Positions 30,726-39,969 are shown, counted from the first letter of the stretch. The stretch: 64,000 nt of DNA from a virus (IMGVR_UViG_3300028800_000066:8207-72206); one strand, 5' to 3'. Notes: generated from the letters alone by a model not told the origin. A program made the numbers and translations.

Positions 30726-30995
30726 CTACGCCTTTTTAGAAACCCAATTAATAAATCCAACAACCTTCTCGTGGGTTAACAGTTTTTCTAAGGTGTTATA
30801 ATTTTGAGCTAATTCTTTTTCAGTCATGAAGTCATGAATAGCATCATGGCAATCTCTGCAAATCTCAATTGTTTTAGACTTCATTTCCTTATTAGAATAT
30901 CTTTTCTTGAAGTAACTCTTGCTCCACATTGATTTGCAAATCAAGTGGTGCGTAGTGAGTGCTCTTTCTCTTTTACATAATTGACAAGCTAACAT
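30726..30995 (-). CDS. small HNH/zinc-binding protein
   Basis: C..C...HHLI...CRDCHDAIH pattern. Confidence 0.45.
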   Translation of the reverse strand: MLACQLCKRERALTTHHLICKSMWSKSYFKKRYSNKEMKSKTIEICRDCHDAIHDFMTEKELAQNYNTLEKLLTHEKVVGFINWVSKKA

Positions 30996-31010
30996 TATTT
31001 ACCTTAATTG

Positions 31011-31359
31011 TGGAGGCGGTGGGAATCGAACCCACGTCCAAACAACTTTCCAAATTCAATCTACGTGTGTGTTCGGTTTTGCAGTCCGACAACTGTATTC
31101 GTTTTGTCCGTTTCGTTTTCATCTTAGCAGGGCAGAGTTATAACTGTCAGACTAATAAACTCTTACACTGAGCATCCTAAAGCGGCTCTGAAATTCACAC
31201 CTATAGGAGTCGGTGGTCAGAGTAGTCGCTATTAAGCGGCTAGTAGTTCCATTTCTTCGGCATTTCAATTTGTCTGCAAAGGTTTTTAGAGGGCCTTCAC
31301 GACAACTCCCTCACACGCATGAATGTTGTACTGTTATCTGTCGAAACCAAGTCGCCCCC
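31011..31359 (-). ncRNA. ssrA: tmRNA (SsrA)
   Basis: 5' GGGGGCGACUUGGUUUCGACAG. 3' tRNA-like end GGACGUGGGUUCGAUUCCCACCGCCUCCA. Internal tag reading frame ...GCC GAA GAA AUG GAA CUA CUA GCC GCU UAA UAG (AEEMELLAA). Confidence 0.8.
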
Positions 31360-31387
31360 AAGAGGGTATTACCTTTCTTTCACTTCG

Positions 31388-31461
31388 AGCAAGCGGTGGG
31401 ATTCGAACCCACGAATAACGGTTTTGCAGACCGTCCCCTTAGACCACTTGGGTACGCTTGC
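31388..31461 (-). tRNA. tRNA-Cys (GCA)
   Basis: Cloverleaf with GGTTCGAATCC T-arm (read from rc). Anticodon loop CTGCAAA. Confidence 0.8.
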
Positions 31462-31496
31462 ATTTGGGGGAGTTTCCTCCCCCAAGTATTTCTTTA

Positions 31497-32426
31497 CTAC
31501 TCGTCCTTATCCTCGGCCTTAGCGGCGGCGGGAGCCGCCTTGTGACCGTGGCTGATGAGTGAATCGGTATTAATCAAGATGTTACCAGCCTGACCGCCAG
31601 AAACCATCAGAGGATAAACACCATCCCACTTCTCAACCTTTTTGCTCTCAATCAACTCGCGGGTCAAGGAAGCCGACAACTCGCGGTTAGCCATAGCCTG
31701 AGCCTTAGCGCGAATCAGGACAGCCTGAGCTTCACCGTTAGCAACAGCCACAGCCTTTTCGGCCTCGGCCTTTGACTGAGCAACCTCGTTTTCAATCTGC
31801 TGAGCCTTTTGGACGGCGGCATTCTTAGCATTCAAGGCCGCAGTCACACTCTCGGGCAGACGGAAAGCACCAATCAGAGAAAGGTCATCCACGACAATAC
31901 CTTCGGGGGCAACCTGGGCACGAACATCCTTGGTGACGGCGGTAATAAACTCCACCTTCTTGGGCCCGTAAATCTCGCTGACCTGATACTTAGTAGCTTC
32001 CATGTTCATGGCATTACGGACGAAATTGTGCAACTGCTTATCACGAATCTCATCGTTGCCTTCACGGAATTTCTGGAACAGGTCAGAAATCTTCGCCACA
32101 TCGTAATGATAAGTAATGGCGATATCGCAATTCACGACCTGACCCTCAGCCGTCTGAATATTAAAACTCTCATTCGTAGGGCTACCTTCGCTGGGATTGG
32201 CGGTCCAGCTATAATTCTGCTGGAAAGTGGGGAACGGATAAAGTTCCTCATTCACACCGATGTAATAACGCCCAGGCGTAAGAACCTCATTCGAAACACC
32301 CTTCGAACCGCCAGTCAGATAAACCTTCACACCAACATAACCAGCGGCGACCTTCGTGCAACCAGTGGAAAACGCCATCGACATGACGACGAAAGCCACC
32401 AGCATCAAGCTAGTATATTTACGCAT
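31497..32426 (-). CDS. SPFH/band-7 (HflC/prohibitin-like) lipoprotein
   Basis: Lipobox LAFSTGC. SPFH-like core, Ala-rich coiled coil. GC about 50 percent, far above the rest of the window. Confidence 0.75.
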   Translation of the reverse strand: MRKYTSLMLVAFVVMSMAFSTGCTKVAAGYVGVKVYLTGGSKGVSNEVLTPGRYYIGVNEELYPFPTFQQNYSWTANPSEGSPTNESFNIQTAEGQVVNCDIAITYHYDVAKISDLFQKFREGNDEIRDKQLHNFVRNAMNMEATKYQVSEIYGPKKVEFITAVTKDVRAQVAPEGIVVDDLSLIGAFRLPESVTAALNAKNAAVQKAQQIENEVAQSKAEAEKAVAVANGEAQAVLIRAKAQAMANRELSASLTRELIESKKVEKWDGVYPLMVSGGQAGNILINTDSLISHGHKAAPAAAKAEDKDE

Positions 32427-32452
32427 TTCTTGTACCTGTGAGTGAGAGAGAA

Positions 32453-32686
32453 TTAAACTTTCTTTTCCTGACCGTTCTGATTCTGCGTTTCTTGTTCTTT
32501 CTTATGAGCAACATACAGGCCATTCAACCACAACACGGCCCACAGCAACAGACCAAGGATAATAGCAATACCAACACACACCAAAAGAGTGTCTGCCGCG
32601 CTAATCAACCAAGGAAGCACCACGCCGAAAAGGATGCCCAATCCGACCAAGAGTGCGAACACTTTCACAATCGTAGAATTCTTCAT
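32453..32686 (-). CDS. small integral membrane protein paired with SPFH gene
   Basis: Two TM helices. Also GC-rich. Co-oriented directly downstream of the SPFH gene. Confidence 0.5.
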   Translation of the reverse strand: MKNSTIVKVFALLVGLGILFGVVLPWLISAADTLLVCVGIAIILGLLLWAVLWLNGLYVAHKKEQETQNQNGQEKKV

Positions 32687-32740
32687 CGTACCCTCATGAG
32701 TTATCTAACTGTTGAATTATACCACACTTCGGCTTGTTTG

Positions 32741-33259
32741 TCAAGACCACCAGCTTTGAACCTTTTGTCTCACATCGTGGAACACTTTATCGTAATCCGC
32801 TTTTTCTCGTTCTTCCATCAATTTCAGGATTCTGTCTCTTTCTTTTTCGGCTTTCTTGTTAATGGGTTTCCATTTATTCCCATACTTTTTATCGTATGCA
32901 TCCCATTCCTGTCTACAATAATCGTTGTCATGTTTTAATCTATGTATGGCATCCCTAACTTCTTGAATCTCTTTGGCGTAAATAGGACCAGACAAAGTTT
33001 CATCCGTTTCGCTCACCTGATGATTCGGGTCATTCTGTAAGACGTTCTGTGTTCTAGAAAGTTGATAATCCATAACTTCCAGAACATCAGTGCCCTCCCA
33101 ATCTCTAAGACTCCACAGAGTAGGAATCCAACGAATGATGCTCCATACCTTCTGACATGGAATTTCAACCATATCTTCGAATGGTTCATAAATGAAAGCA
33201 TCTAACCATCCATAGGTTTCTATTCTATATTTCTTATGAGCAATCCATCTTTGGAACAT
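32741..33259 (-). CDS. hypothetical protein
   Basis: ORF. Confidence 0.5.
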   Translation of the reverse strand: MFQRWIAHKKYRIETYGWLDAFIYEPFEDMVEIPCQKVWSIIRWIPTLWSLRDWEGTDVLEVMDYQLSRTQNVLQNDPNHQVSETDETLSGPIYAKEIQEVRDAIHRLKHDNDYCRQEWDAYDKKYGNKWKPINKKAEKERDRILKLMEEREKADYDKVFHDVRQKVQSWWS

Positions 33260-33267
33260 TTATTCCT

Positions 33268-33507
<240 letters not shown>

Positions 33508-33508
33508 T

Positions 33509-33582
33509 TGGAGCTTCCTCTGAGAATCGAACTCAGGCTTCCCATTTACGAGACGGGCGTTCTACCACTGAACTAAGAAAGC
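33509..33582 (-). tRNA. tRNA-Thr (CGT), CCA encoded
   Basis: Anticodon loop CTCGTAA. Full cloverleaf. 3' CCA present. Confidence 0.8.
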
Positions 33583-33767
33583 GATTCATGAACTTTATTT
33601 AATGGAGCACTTTCACTTGTAAATTTACAACCTTCCTCAAAGCAAGAGTGTCTCGTCCAAAAACCAGAACCGTCAAATCTAGCCTGAAAGTATAAATTAC
33701 CATTACCACATATCGGACATTTTTGGTCGCTCATTCCCTCTGTGCTGAATCCTGTATAGGCAACCAT
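33573..33767 (-). CDS. small zinc-ribbon protein
   Basis: CPICGNG...HSCFEEGC. Confidence 0.4.
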   Translation of the reverse strand: MVAYTGFSTEGMSDQKCPICGNGNLYFQARFDGSGFWTRHSCFEEGCKFTSESAPLNKVHESLS

Positions 33768-33970
33768 CAGACTTCCTTTTTCAAAAACTTTCCATTTATA
33801 TCTCTTCCAGGCATAGCTGGCTTTGTAATGGTTCTAATCGTACCACCACGGGCAAGAAACGCTTCAATGGTTTCACCAACATGGACGGTTTGTTTTTCCT
33901 GAGCAATAGCCAGATAACGTCCATCACGTCTTGCATTCAATTCTTTTCTAGCGATAACAGAAGCTTTCAT
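33767..33970 (-). CDS. hypothetical small protein
   Basis: ORF. Confidence 0.4.
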   Translation of the reverse strand: MKASVIARKELNARRDGRYLAIAQEKQTVHVGETIEAFLARGGTIRTITKPAMPGRDINGKFLKKEV

Positions 33971-34230
33971 TCTTTTTCTCTAAAAGCGAGTTCATCAAAA
34001 TCAAATTCTAAATCATCAACCACTATCCTGCAACCTTCACTTACATGGTTTTTTACCCTGATAAGGAAATCTTCAAATTTTATTTCTGTACTATTAGCTG
34101 AATCCACAACTCGTTTATTCTTCCAAGCGATAAAATCAAATCCCTTGTATTGATGGGAATCGGAGAGGATATCTACGAAAACATCGCCTTCTTTTGCAAT
34201 AGATGAAAGCTTCACAATCTCCACAGACAC
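33967..34230 (-). CDS. hypothetical small protein
   Basis: ORF. Confidence 0.4.
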   Translation of the reverse strand: MSVEIVKLSSIAKEGDVFVDILSDSHQYKGFDFIAWKNKRVVDSANSTEIKFEDFLIRVKNHVSEGCRIVVDDLEFDFDELAFREKE

Positions 34231-34238
34231 CTCTCACA

Positions 34239-34517
34239 TTATTCTATTGTATCAAGTTTCGCCTTATTTGTCAAGACAATTTTTTCAGGCTTATCAGCAT
34301 TACCCATTAAATTATCCCAACAATGCCTATGCATGGCACCTTTTGGATTTTTGGAGTTCTTGAAAATAAGTCTGAATGATTCTGCCAGTTTTCTTCCTCT
34401 ATGATAGTTTCCATACGCTTCGTCCGTTAGTTTTACGTTTACGCAATAAACCGCTTCACCAACTGTAAGATTTCTCTTGCAATATATGCATTTTTCTACA
34501 ACCGTTTTATCCGACAT
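34239..34517 (-). CDS. hypothetical Cys/His-containing small protein
   Basis: ORF. Confidence 0.45.
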   Translation of the reverse strand: MSDKTVVEKCIYCKRNLTVGEAVYCVNVKLTDEAYGNYHRGRKLAESFRLIFKNSKNPKGAMHRHCWDNLMGNADKPEKIVLTNKAKLDTIE

Positions 34518-34611
34518 GCAATCCTCTAATACAATACAAATAAATAAAATTTAAGCGTGATTCTAAACAAATTACATTATTATTTAGACGTATTATACAG
34601 AAAATCGTCAC

Positions 34612-35007
34612 TTACAAATCAAAACTCCAGAAATCTGAATTACCATAATCTGGAGAAAATTTGTATTCCTTAATCATCTTTAAAATTGAAGCATTCACGG
34701 GTTCACAAACAAGTTCACCCGATATCTTCCCACTAAATTTATCAGCAAGCAACTCCTTCAATAATCTGTGAGCATATCCTTTGTTTCTATGTTCGGGATG
34801 GGTGATTATACTAAACTCACATTCATCCTCTTCCTTATCTAACCAAAGACAAGCTACAAGTTGTTTTCTATCGAGAATACCAAAATAAGGCTTTTGACCA
34901 TCCCTTATTCTTATATCGTCCTGACTGTCATCAAGTTTAAACAACTGTTCTGTATATTTTAAATTGTTATAAACTCCAGACAATCGAATAACTTTAATCT
35001 TCGGCAT
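34612..35007 (-). CDS. GNAT family N-acetyltransferase
   Basis: HPEHRNKGYAHRLL (motif A-like R/Q-x-x-G-x-A). Confidence 0.6.
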   Translation of the reverse strand: MPKIKVIRLSGVYNNLKYTEQLFKLDDSQDDIRIRDGQKPYFGILDRKQLVACLWLDKEEDECEFSIITHPEHRNKGYAHRLLKELLADKFSGKISGELVCEPVNASILKMIKEYKFSPDYGNSDFWSFDL

Positions 35008-36307
35008 CTTTTTTCTTTCTGCTTTCTAAAATTTTAATCGAATCTCTAACCTTGATGCAGGCTTCAAAGTCTCGCTTCTCAATCAAACCATTAAGCTTTC
35101 TGGTCAATTTATCTATTGCACGGTCCTTTGATTTTCTCCTAGGCAAGCTCGGGTCAAAATCAAAAAGTTCGAAGCTCCCTAGATTTCTATAAGTGGTCTT
35201 TCCAGACACGACCCACCACATGTTGTTGATGTTATGATAGGCGTATCCGCAACTTAATCTATAGTCAGGTCCAGCATAGTAATATTTCAAGTCACCATTC
35301 TTTAATTCTTTCTTATTCTTATCTTTGTTATTATATTCTGCCACCTTATCATTTGTAGTTTTAATGGCATTAACTTTTTCTTCCTTGGTCTTATATGCAT
35401 CCAACTCTGGCTGACCGTGGCAATCAATCTTATTAACAATCTTTTCTTTGATATCTAAGGAATTAAGATAGTCAGTGATTATTTTAAGTGCAAGCTGGCA
35501 TCTTATCCGAAGAAGATATGGCATGTTCTTTAATTTATTAAAACCATATTTCCCTTCACCAATTTTTCTTCCATCGAAAGCCACAACGTTCTGAAAGAAT
35601 TCGAATTCAATTCTAGCAGGATGATATTCTGCATTAAATTCCAGCGTCTTCCAAATTCCATAACGGTGAGAACGACTTAATGACTTATAGTTTTTCTCAA
35701 CATCTTGGTCATGAGTGACATTAAACCCATGTTTCTTAAGAATAGTTATGATGTTTAAGAATAACCTACGGTTGCCCCACGGTTCCTTTGTCCAGATGTA
35801 AATAGAAGAATCATTGATACCCCAATAACCTTCTTTTTTAGCTTTCGTAGGTGATGGGTATTCGTCTTTATTGTTGTCTCTTTTTTCTAATTTTTCTTGC
35901 TTTTTAGTTTCAAAAGCGATTTCTTTTTCAGTGTATTCTGTGCCATCAACCTTAAGTGGTACGGTCTTGGTTTCTGAACAGTTTGGACAAATATAATAAT
36001 TTTTCTTCAAGCCTTTTAACCATCCACGCTCATGGTCCCATGCGTCCCAGGTATATTTCTTTTCGAATGCATGTTTGCCCAACGAACAAGGCATCATACT
36101 GGATGAAAATATAAATGGTTCTTCATCTCCATCGGCGTGAGCTTCCACCATAAAATCTTTTTCACAGTGAGGACACTTATATTTTTCCTCAACATCATTG
36201 TTGCCAAAGTCACCACCAGCGTCCTCAATCTCTTCATCGCAGTACGGGCACATTAGAGTTTCAGTGTCGCTATACCCATTGTTAATTTTATGAGGTTTGG
36301 TTTTCAT
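34994..36307 (-). CDS. hypothetical protein with N-terminal zinc ribbons
   Basis: CPYCDEE...CPHCEKDF...CPNCSE. Confidence 0.5.
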   Translation of the reverse strand: MKTKPHKINNGYSDTETLMCPYCDEEIEDAGGDFGNNDVEEKYKCPHCEKDFMVEAHADGDEEPFIFSSSMMPCSLGKHAFEKKYTWDAWDHERGWLKGLKKNYYICPNCSETKTVPLKVDGTEYTEKEIAFETKKQEKLEKRDNNKDEYPSPTKAKKEGYWGINDSSIYIWTKEPWGNRRLFLNIITILKKHGFNVTHDQDVEKNYKSLSRSHRYGIWKTLEFNAEYHPARIEFEFFQNVVAFDGRKIGEGKYGFNKLKNMPYLLRIRCQLALKIITDYLNSLDIKEKIVNKIDCHGQPELDAYKTKEEKVNAIKTTNDKVAEYNNKDKNKKELKNGDLKYYYAGPDYRLSCGYAYHNINNMWWVVSGKTTYRNLGSFELFDFDPSLPRRKSKDRAIDKLTRKLNGLIEKRDFEACIKVRDSIKILESRKKKDAED

Positions 36308-36768
36308 CCCAGCTCCGACTTGATAGTTTTAATCATGTCTTCGAATGTGTGAACAAGAGTGATTCCGTACTTATCACAAACAAATTCAACATTGCCTTTA
36401 CGCCAGAATCCTTCGGGGCAACAAACAATCAAACCTTCATGGTCATGAAACAATCCCAACTCCATCAAAGTGATTGGAGCCTTTGTGTTAGGGTCGAAAT
36501 ACATAAGGATATAATCAGCATCCTCTTGACCCTTTAATTCCCAGTCAACCTGTTCAACGAACTTGGGACTATCCATAGTTTGTTTCCAACTTGCATCCCA
36601 AGCATCACGGCGAGGATTTAGAAGAACAATATTATATTCTTCTAGTTCTTTGGCGACTCTAGTTTGCCATTTCTCGGCTGTGTCCATTTCAATTGAACCA
36701 GCCAGGAAAACCCTAGGCATGTCTTCTGGAAACCACTTATAATCTTTCGGCGGTTTAATTTCATTCAT
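36304..36768 (-). CDS. nucleoside 2-deoxyribosyltransferase-like (Rcl/DNPH1-like) protein
   Basis: N-terminal VFLAGSI and ITLMELG motifs, characteristic of the NDT-like fold. Confidence 0.5.
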   Translation of the reverse strand: MNEIKPPKDYKWFPEDMPRVFLAGSIEMDTAEKWQTRVAKELEEYNIVLLNPRRDAWDASWKQTMDSPKFVEQVDWELKGQEDADYILMYFDPNTKAPITLMELGLFHDHEGLIVCCPEGFWRKGNVEFVCDKYGITLVHTFEDMIKTIKSELG

Positions 36769-37397
36769 TATTTTTCCATAAGTGCATGGTGTTTCCAGAA
36801 CTCTACAGCATTTAAATACTCTTTAACATTCAAAGGCTGACCATTGCCGCCAAACCTGATACCCATCTGGTTATTAATCATTGTGGTAGGAGAAATAGGG
36901 GAACGCTTCTCCAACTCAACGTTGATACAGACAATGCCCCAATCAGACTCAATCGGAGTTCCCTCTTTCTTAAGCTGTTCTTTGTTATAAAGGATGACAT
37001 CGACGTGGTGTGATTTCACGCCTTTAACGGGAGCGCCCTTGGGAAACCAACGCTTCAAATAAGGGATTTCATCTTTGGTTCTGGCAACGTAATCAGTCTT
37101 AAGATACTTTTCATTCTTAGAAGTAATCTTAACAATACGACATTCAAGCTGATTGTAAGGTTTGTTGTGCAATGGAACAATTCGACTGAAAGGGTACATG
37201 CCCTTGGGACAATCCTTGGGATATAAATTAAGGATTGCCGTAGCACCCTCCACAATTTCAGGGAGCAAATCAACAATCCTTCCGCCAATCTGAGTCTTTA
37301 CAAACTCAGTAGCTTCGATAGTTTGAATAGGTTTGTGTCTTTTAGTTTTGCGGGCTTTATCGAAAAAAGCCTCCAAGTCTTTACGCCAGTCTTTCAT
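36768..37397 (-). CDS. hypothetical protein
   Basis: ORF. Confidence 0.5.
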   Translation of the reverse strand: MKDWRKDLEAFFDKARKTKRHKPIQTIEATEFVKTQIGGRIVDLLPEIVEGATAILNLYPKDCPKGMYPFSRIVPLHNKPYNQLECRIVKITSKNEKYLKTDYVARTKDEIPYLKRWFPKGAPVKGVKSHHVDVILYNKEQLKKEGTPIESDWGIVCINVELEKRSPISPTTMINNQMGIRFGGNGQPLNVKEYLNAVEFWKHHALMEK

Positions 37398-37420
37398 TTA
37401 TCACCAGAAGAATGTTGTGT

Positions 37421-37493
37421 GCCGTGGGCGGGACTTGAACCCGCAAATTATGCATTCTGAGTGCATTGCCTATGCCATTCGGCTACCACGGCA
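37421..37493 (-). tRNA. tRNA with anticodon CAG (Leu codon CUG) but type-I short variable arm
   Basis: Clean cloverleaf gccgtgg|ta|gcc-gaatggcata-ggc|a|atgca-CTCAGAA-tgcat|aattt|gcggg-ttcaagt-cccgc|ccacggc|a. A73 discriminator. Confidence 0.6.
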
Positions 37494-37757
37494 TTACTTC
37501 AATTCAAAAATCAAAGGTGAACCACCAACAACTTCGTCCACCTTCTGCTTAACACTTTGCGTGTTTTTTACCTTGATACCATAAATCCTGTCGATATGTA
37601 TAAACAAGAAGTATGCATGAACATGAATCACAATATCTTGCAACGATTCGTCATAATGCACATCTTCAACCCAAACTTCACTAGGTTTCTCTTTATAAAC
37701 AGTGGCACCATAGCTAACGGAAGCCAGAACCAAAAGTCCAATAAGTAATTTAATCAT
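37494..37757 (-). CDS. small secreted/periplasmic protein
   Basis: N-terminal signal-like hydrophobic segment. Confidence 0.4.
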   Translation of the reverse strand: MIKLLIGLLVLASVSYGATVYKEKPSEVWVEDVHYDESLQDIVIHVHAYFLFIHIDRIYGIKVKNTQSVKQKVDEVVGGSPLIFELK

Positions 37758-37957
37758 TGCTTCTTTTTAAGTATAAAGTGTCCATCACCAATCGTGTCTT
37801 GTTGCACCTCAAACCCCATATCTTGACTTCTGGAAACAAAATCATCATATGAGAATTTCCAATTGTACATAACCCAATAGTAGCGAGAAATTACAGGCAT
37901 CTTTCGGTTGCCAATGTATTGGACAACTTCATCCAGTTCGTGCGGCATATCACTCAT
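37754..37957 (-). CDS. hypothetical small protein
   Basis: ORF. Confidence 0.4.
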   Translation of the reverse strand: MSDMPHELDEVVQYIGNRKMPVISRYYWVMYNWKFSYDDFVSRSQDMGFEVQQDTIGDGHFILKKKQ

Positions 37958-37968
37958 GTTTCCTCCAA

Positions 37969-38055
37969 TGGTGGGGACGGAGAGACTCGAACTCTCAAGC
38001 CCTTTCGGGCACTGGCTTCTAAGACCAGCGTGTATACCAATTTCACCACGTCCCC
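37969..38055 (-). tRNA. tRNA-Leu (TAG), type II, CCA encoded
   Basis: Loop CTTAGAA. Long variable arm tgcccgaaagggct. Confidence 0.8.
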
Positions 38056-38059
38056 AATA

Positions 38060-38347
38060 TTATAAATACTTAGTAAAATCTAATCTTCCTTGATACAATT
38101 CTGCTACAGTTTGCTTCCAAGGTTGGTCGATATCGCCAAGGTATTGTTCTAAAAGTCCAGACACTTCCGCCCACAATCCATTGTTCATTGTTAAATTCTC
38201 AACATTACATTGAGATTCAATCTTACGCAACTCGATTAAGAATTTATCCTTATTAGGAAATTCTTGTGTTCGGGATACGTTACGAATCGCTTCGATTGTC
38301 AGATTCAACGGGCGCATGTTTCTTTTCCATTTCTTCAAAGATTGCAT
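38060..38347 (-). CDS. hypothetical protein (overlaps next ORF)
   Basis: ORF. Conflicts with 38280..38579 over 68 nt. Confidence 0.35.
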   Translation of the reverse strand: MQSLKKWKRNMRPLNLTIEAIRNVSRTQEFPNKDKFLIELRKIESQCNVENLTMNNGLWAEVSGLLEQYLGDIDQPWKQTVAELYQGRLDFTKYL

Positions 38348-38579
38348 AGTCTAATACTGGCTTGCTTACAGCTTCTAACATTTTTTCAATATCATACTTT
38401 AAATCAGAAACCTCTTCTCCCGTCATTTCTACAGAGTTTTCAGAGATTCCGTTGGGATTTCCATCCTTATCATACCATACTGTGTGAATGGCAAAATAAG
38501 TATAACCATCAGGATAAATCTTGTTTAATGATTCAGCGACGGGTTTGTTACGCTTGATTAGTCTGTAATTCCATCCCAT
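38280..38579 (-). CDS. hypothetical protein
   Basis: ORF. Confidence 0.35.
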   Translation of the reverse strand: MGWNYRLIKRNKPVAESLNKIYPDGYTYFAIHTVWYDKDGNPNGISENSVEMTGEEVSDLKYDIEKMLEAVSKPVLDYAIFEEMEKKHAPVESDNRSDS

Positions 38580-39687
38580 TTTTTCCTCGTTTGAAATTAC
38601 CGACCTTATAGGCCAATTGTAATTTCCGAACTTCTTCCTGTTCCTCTTTGCTGAAACTCAATCCAGCTTTCACAGCGTAACGTAATTGATTGTTGAAAAG
38701 ATTTCCGCACGTACTTTCTGAAATGCTTAAAGTTTTTGCGATTTCAGGATAACTGAATCCCTTTAGAATCATTTCTCTAGCTGAGCGAATAATCTCAATC
38801 GAGAATTTTTGTTGAGCCTTAGAAAGATTATCCAAATTCGTGTCACTAATCCTTCTCTTAGCAAGAGAAATGTTGGCTCTTGCTTCTTCCGAGAAAACGC
38901 GGCCATTATTGTTTCTTCCATTACAAGACAAGTTCTCATCCAGATTTTCTGTGTGCATGAGAATACGCAATCTACGGAAAGCTATAAAAGTGATTTGACG
39001 AGCACGTTCAGTTGTCAATCCCATCACAACAGCCATTTGCTTATAGGTTTTGTGATTAAAATAGTATTCTCGGATTGCCATGCGTTCCTTGATGGTTAAC
39101 TTATTGTTGATTACCTTGATAAGCTTCGTCCGTAAATCTTTATCATCTAACTCTTCTGCCAAGTTATCTTCAATCTCAACAGTCTCATTATCCGGAATCA
39201 CATCGTTATAAGAACGATTAGTCCCATCATCAGAAAGCAAGGGAGCGTTTAGATAAATCAACCTATCATTCATGTGAGCCCTGGCTTCTTCCTTATGATT
39301 CTCATAATCACCAGTAGGAATTTTCAGGATGTGATTAGCTCTCATGCAATGTTGCATCTTCTGATTAATCCAGTATGCGGAATAAGTCAAGAATTTAAAC
39401 TTACGATTAACTTTAAACTTTTCAAGACTATGCATAAATCCGATAACGCCAGCATTAAAGAAATCATCAACTTCGATACTGGGATTAATCCGGTGAAAAC
39501 GATGTGCTTGTTTACGAATAAAACGAATATGATTCTGGAAAATTAATTCTCTGAATCTATATTTGTCATCTTCGTTCTTAGCACTTTTATATTGTTTAAT
39601 CAATTTAAGAATCTCTGGATACTTTAAAACCTTCTGCTTAAGCAGAAAAATCATTTCAGGAGATTCTTTACTGGTATCAAACGACAT
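38548..39687 (-). CDS. sigma-70 family sigma factor with extra C-terminal HTH
   Basis: Region 2-like FNAGVIGFMHSLEKF...YSAYWINQ. Region 4-like ERMAIREYYF...MAVVMGLTTERARQI. Additional SYPEIAKTLSISESTC HTH. Confidence 0.6.
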   Translation of the reverse strand: MSFDTSKESPEMIFLLKQKVLKYPEILKLIKQYKSAKNEDDKYRFRELIFQNHIRFIRKQAHRFHRINPSIEVDDFFNAGVIGFMHSLEKFKVNRKFKFLTYSAYWINQKMQHCMRANHILKIPTGDYENHKEEARAHMNDRLIYLNAPLLSDDGTNRSYNDVIPDNETVEIEDNLAEELDDKDLRTKLIKVINNKLTIKERMAIREYYFNHKTYKQMAVVMGLTTERARQITFIAFRRLRILMHTENLDENLSCNGRNNNGRVFSEEARANISLAKRRISDTNLDNLSKAQQKFSIEIIRSAREMILKGFSYPEIAKTLSISESTCGNLFNNQLRYAVKAGLSFSKEEQEEVRKLQLAYKVGNFKRGKNGMELQTNQA

Positions 39688-39802
39688 TTTTCACCAAAGA
39701 AAACTTTATCATCTACACATAAGTCATTATACCACATAAAGGTAAAAAAGTCAAGCCCTCTAACGGATTGTTAGAAGGCTTAACAGTTTTCCAACACTCT
39801 TG

Positions 39803-39875
39803 AGCTGGCGGAGGGAATCGAACCCACGACATCCTCATTACAAGTGAGGTGCTCTACCAACTGAGCTACGCCAGC
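39803..39875 (-). tRNA. tRNA-Thr (TGT)
   Basis: Loop CTTGTAA. Standard cloverleaf. Confidence 0.8.
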
Positions 39876-39889
39876 ATTGAAAATTTCTG

Positions 39890-39969
39890 AGCTATCTGAG
39901 AGAATCGAACTCTCGCTGGTTTCCCGCCCGATTACAAATCGGGTGCCATTCCACTCGGCTCAAGATAGC
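39890..39969 (-). tRNA. type-II (long variable arm) tRNA with anticodon loop TTTGTAA (TGT by canonical numbering), identity uncertain
   Basis: gctatct|tg|agcc..ggca|cccga-TTTGTAA-tcggg|cgggaaaccagc|gagag-ttcgatt-ctctc|agatagc|t. Confidence 0.5.
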
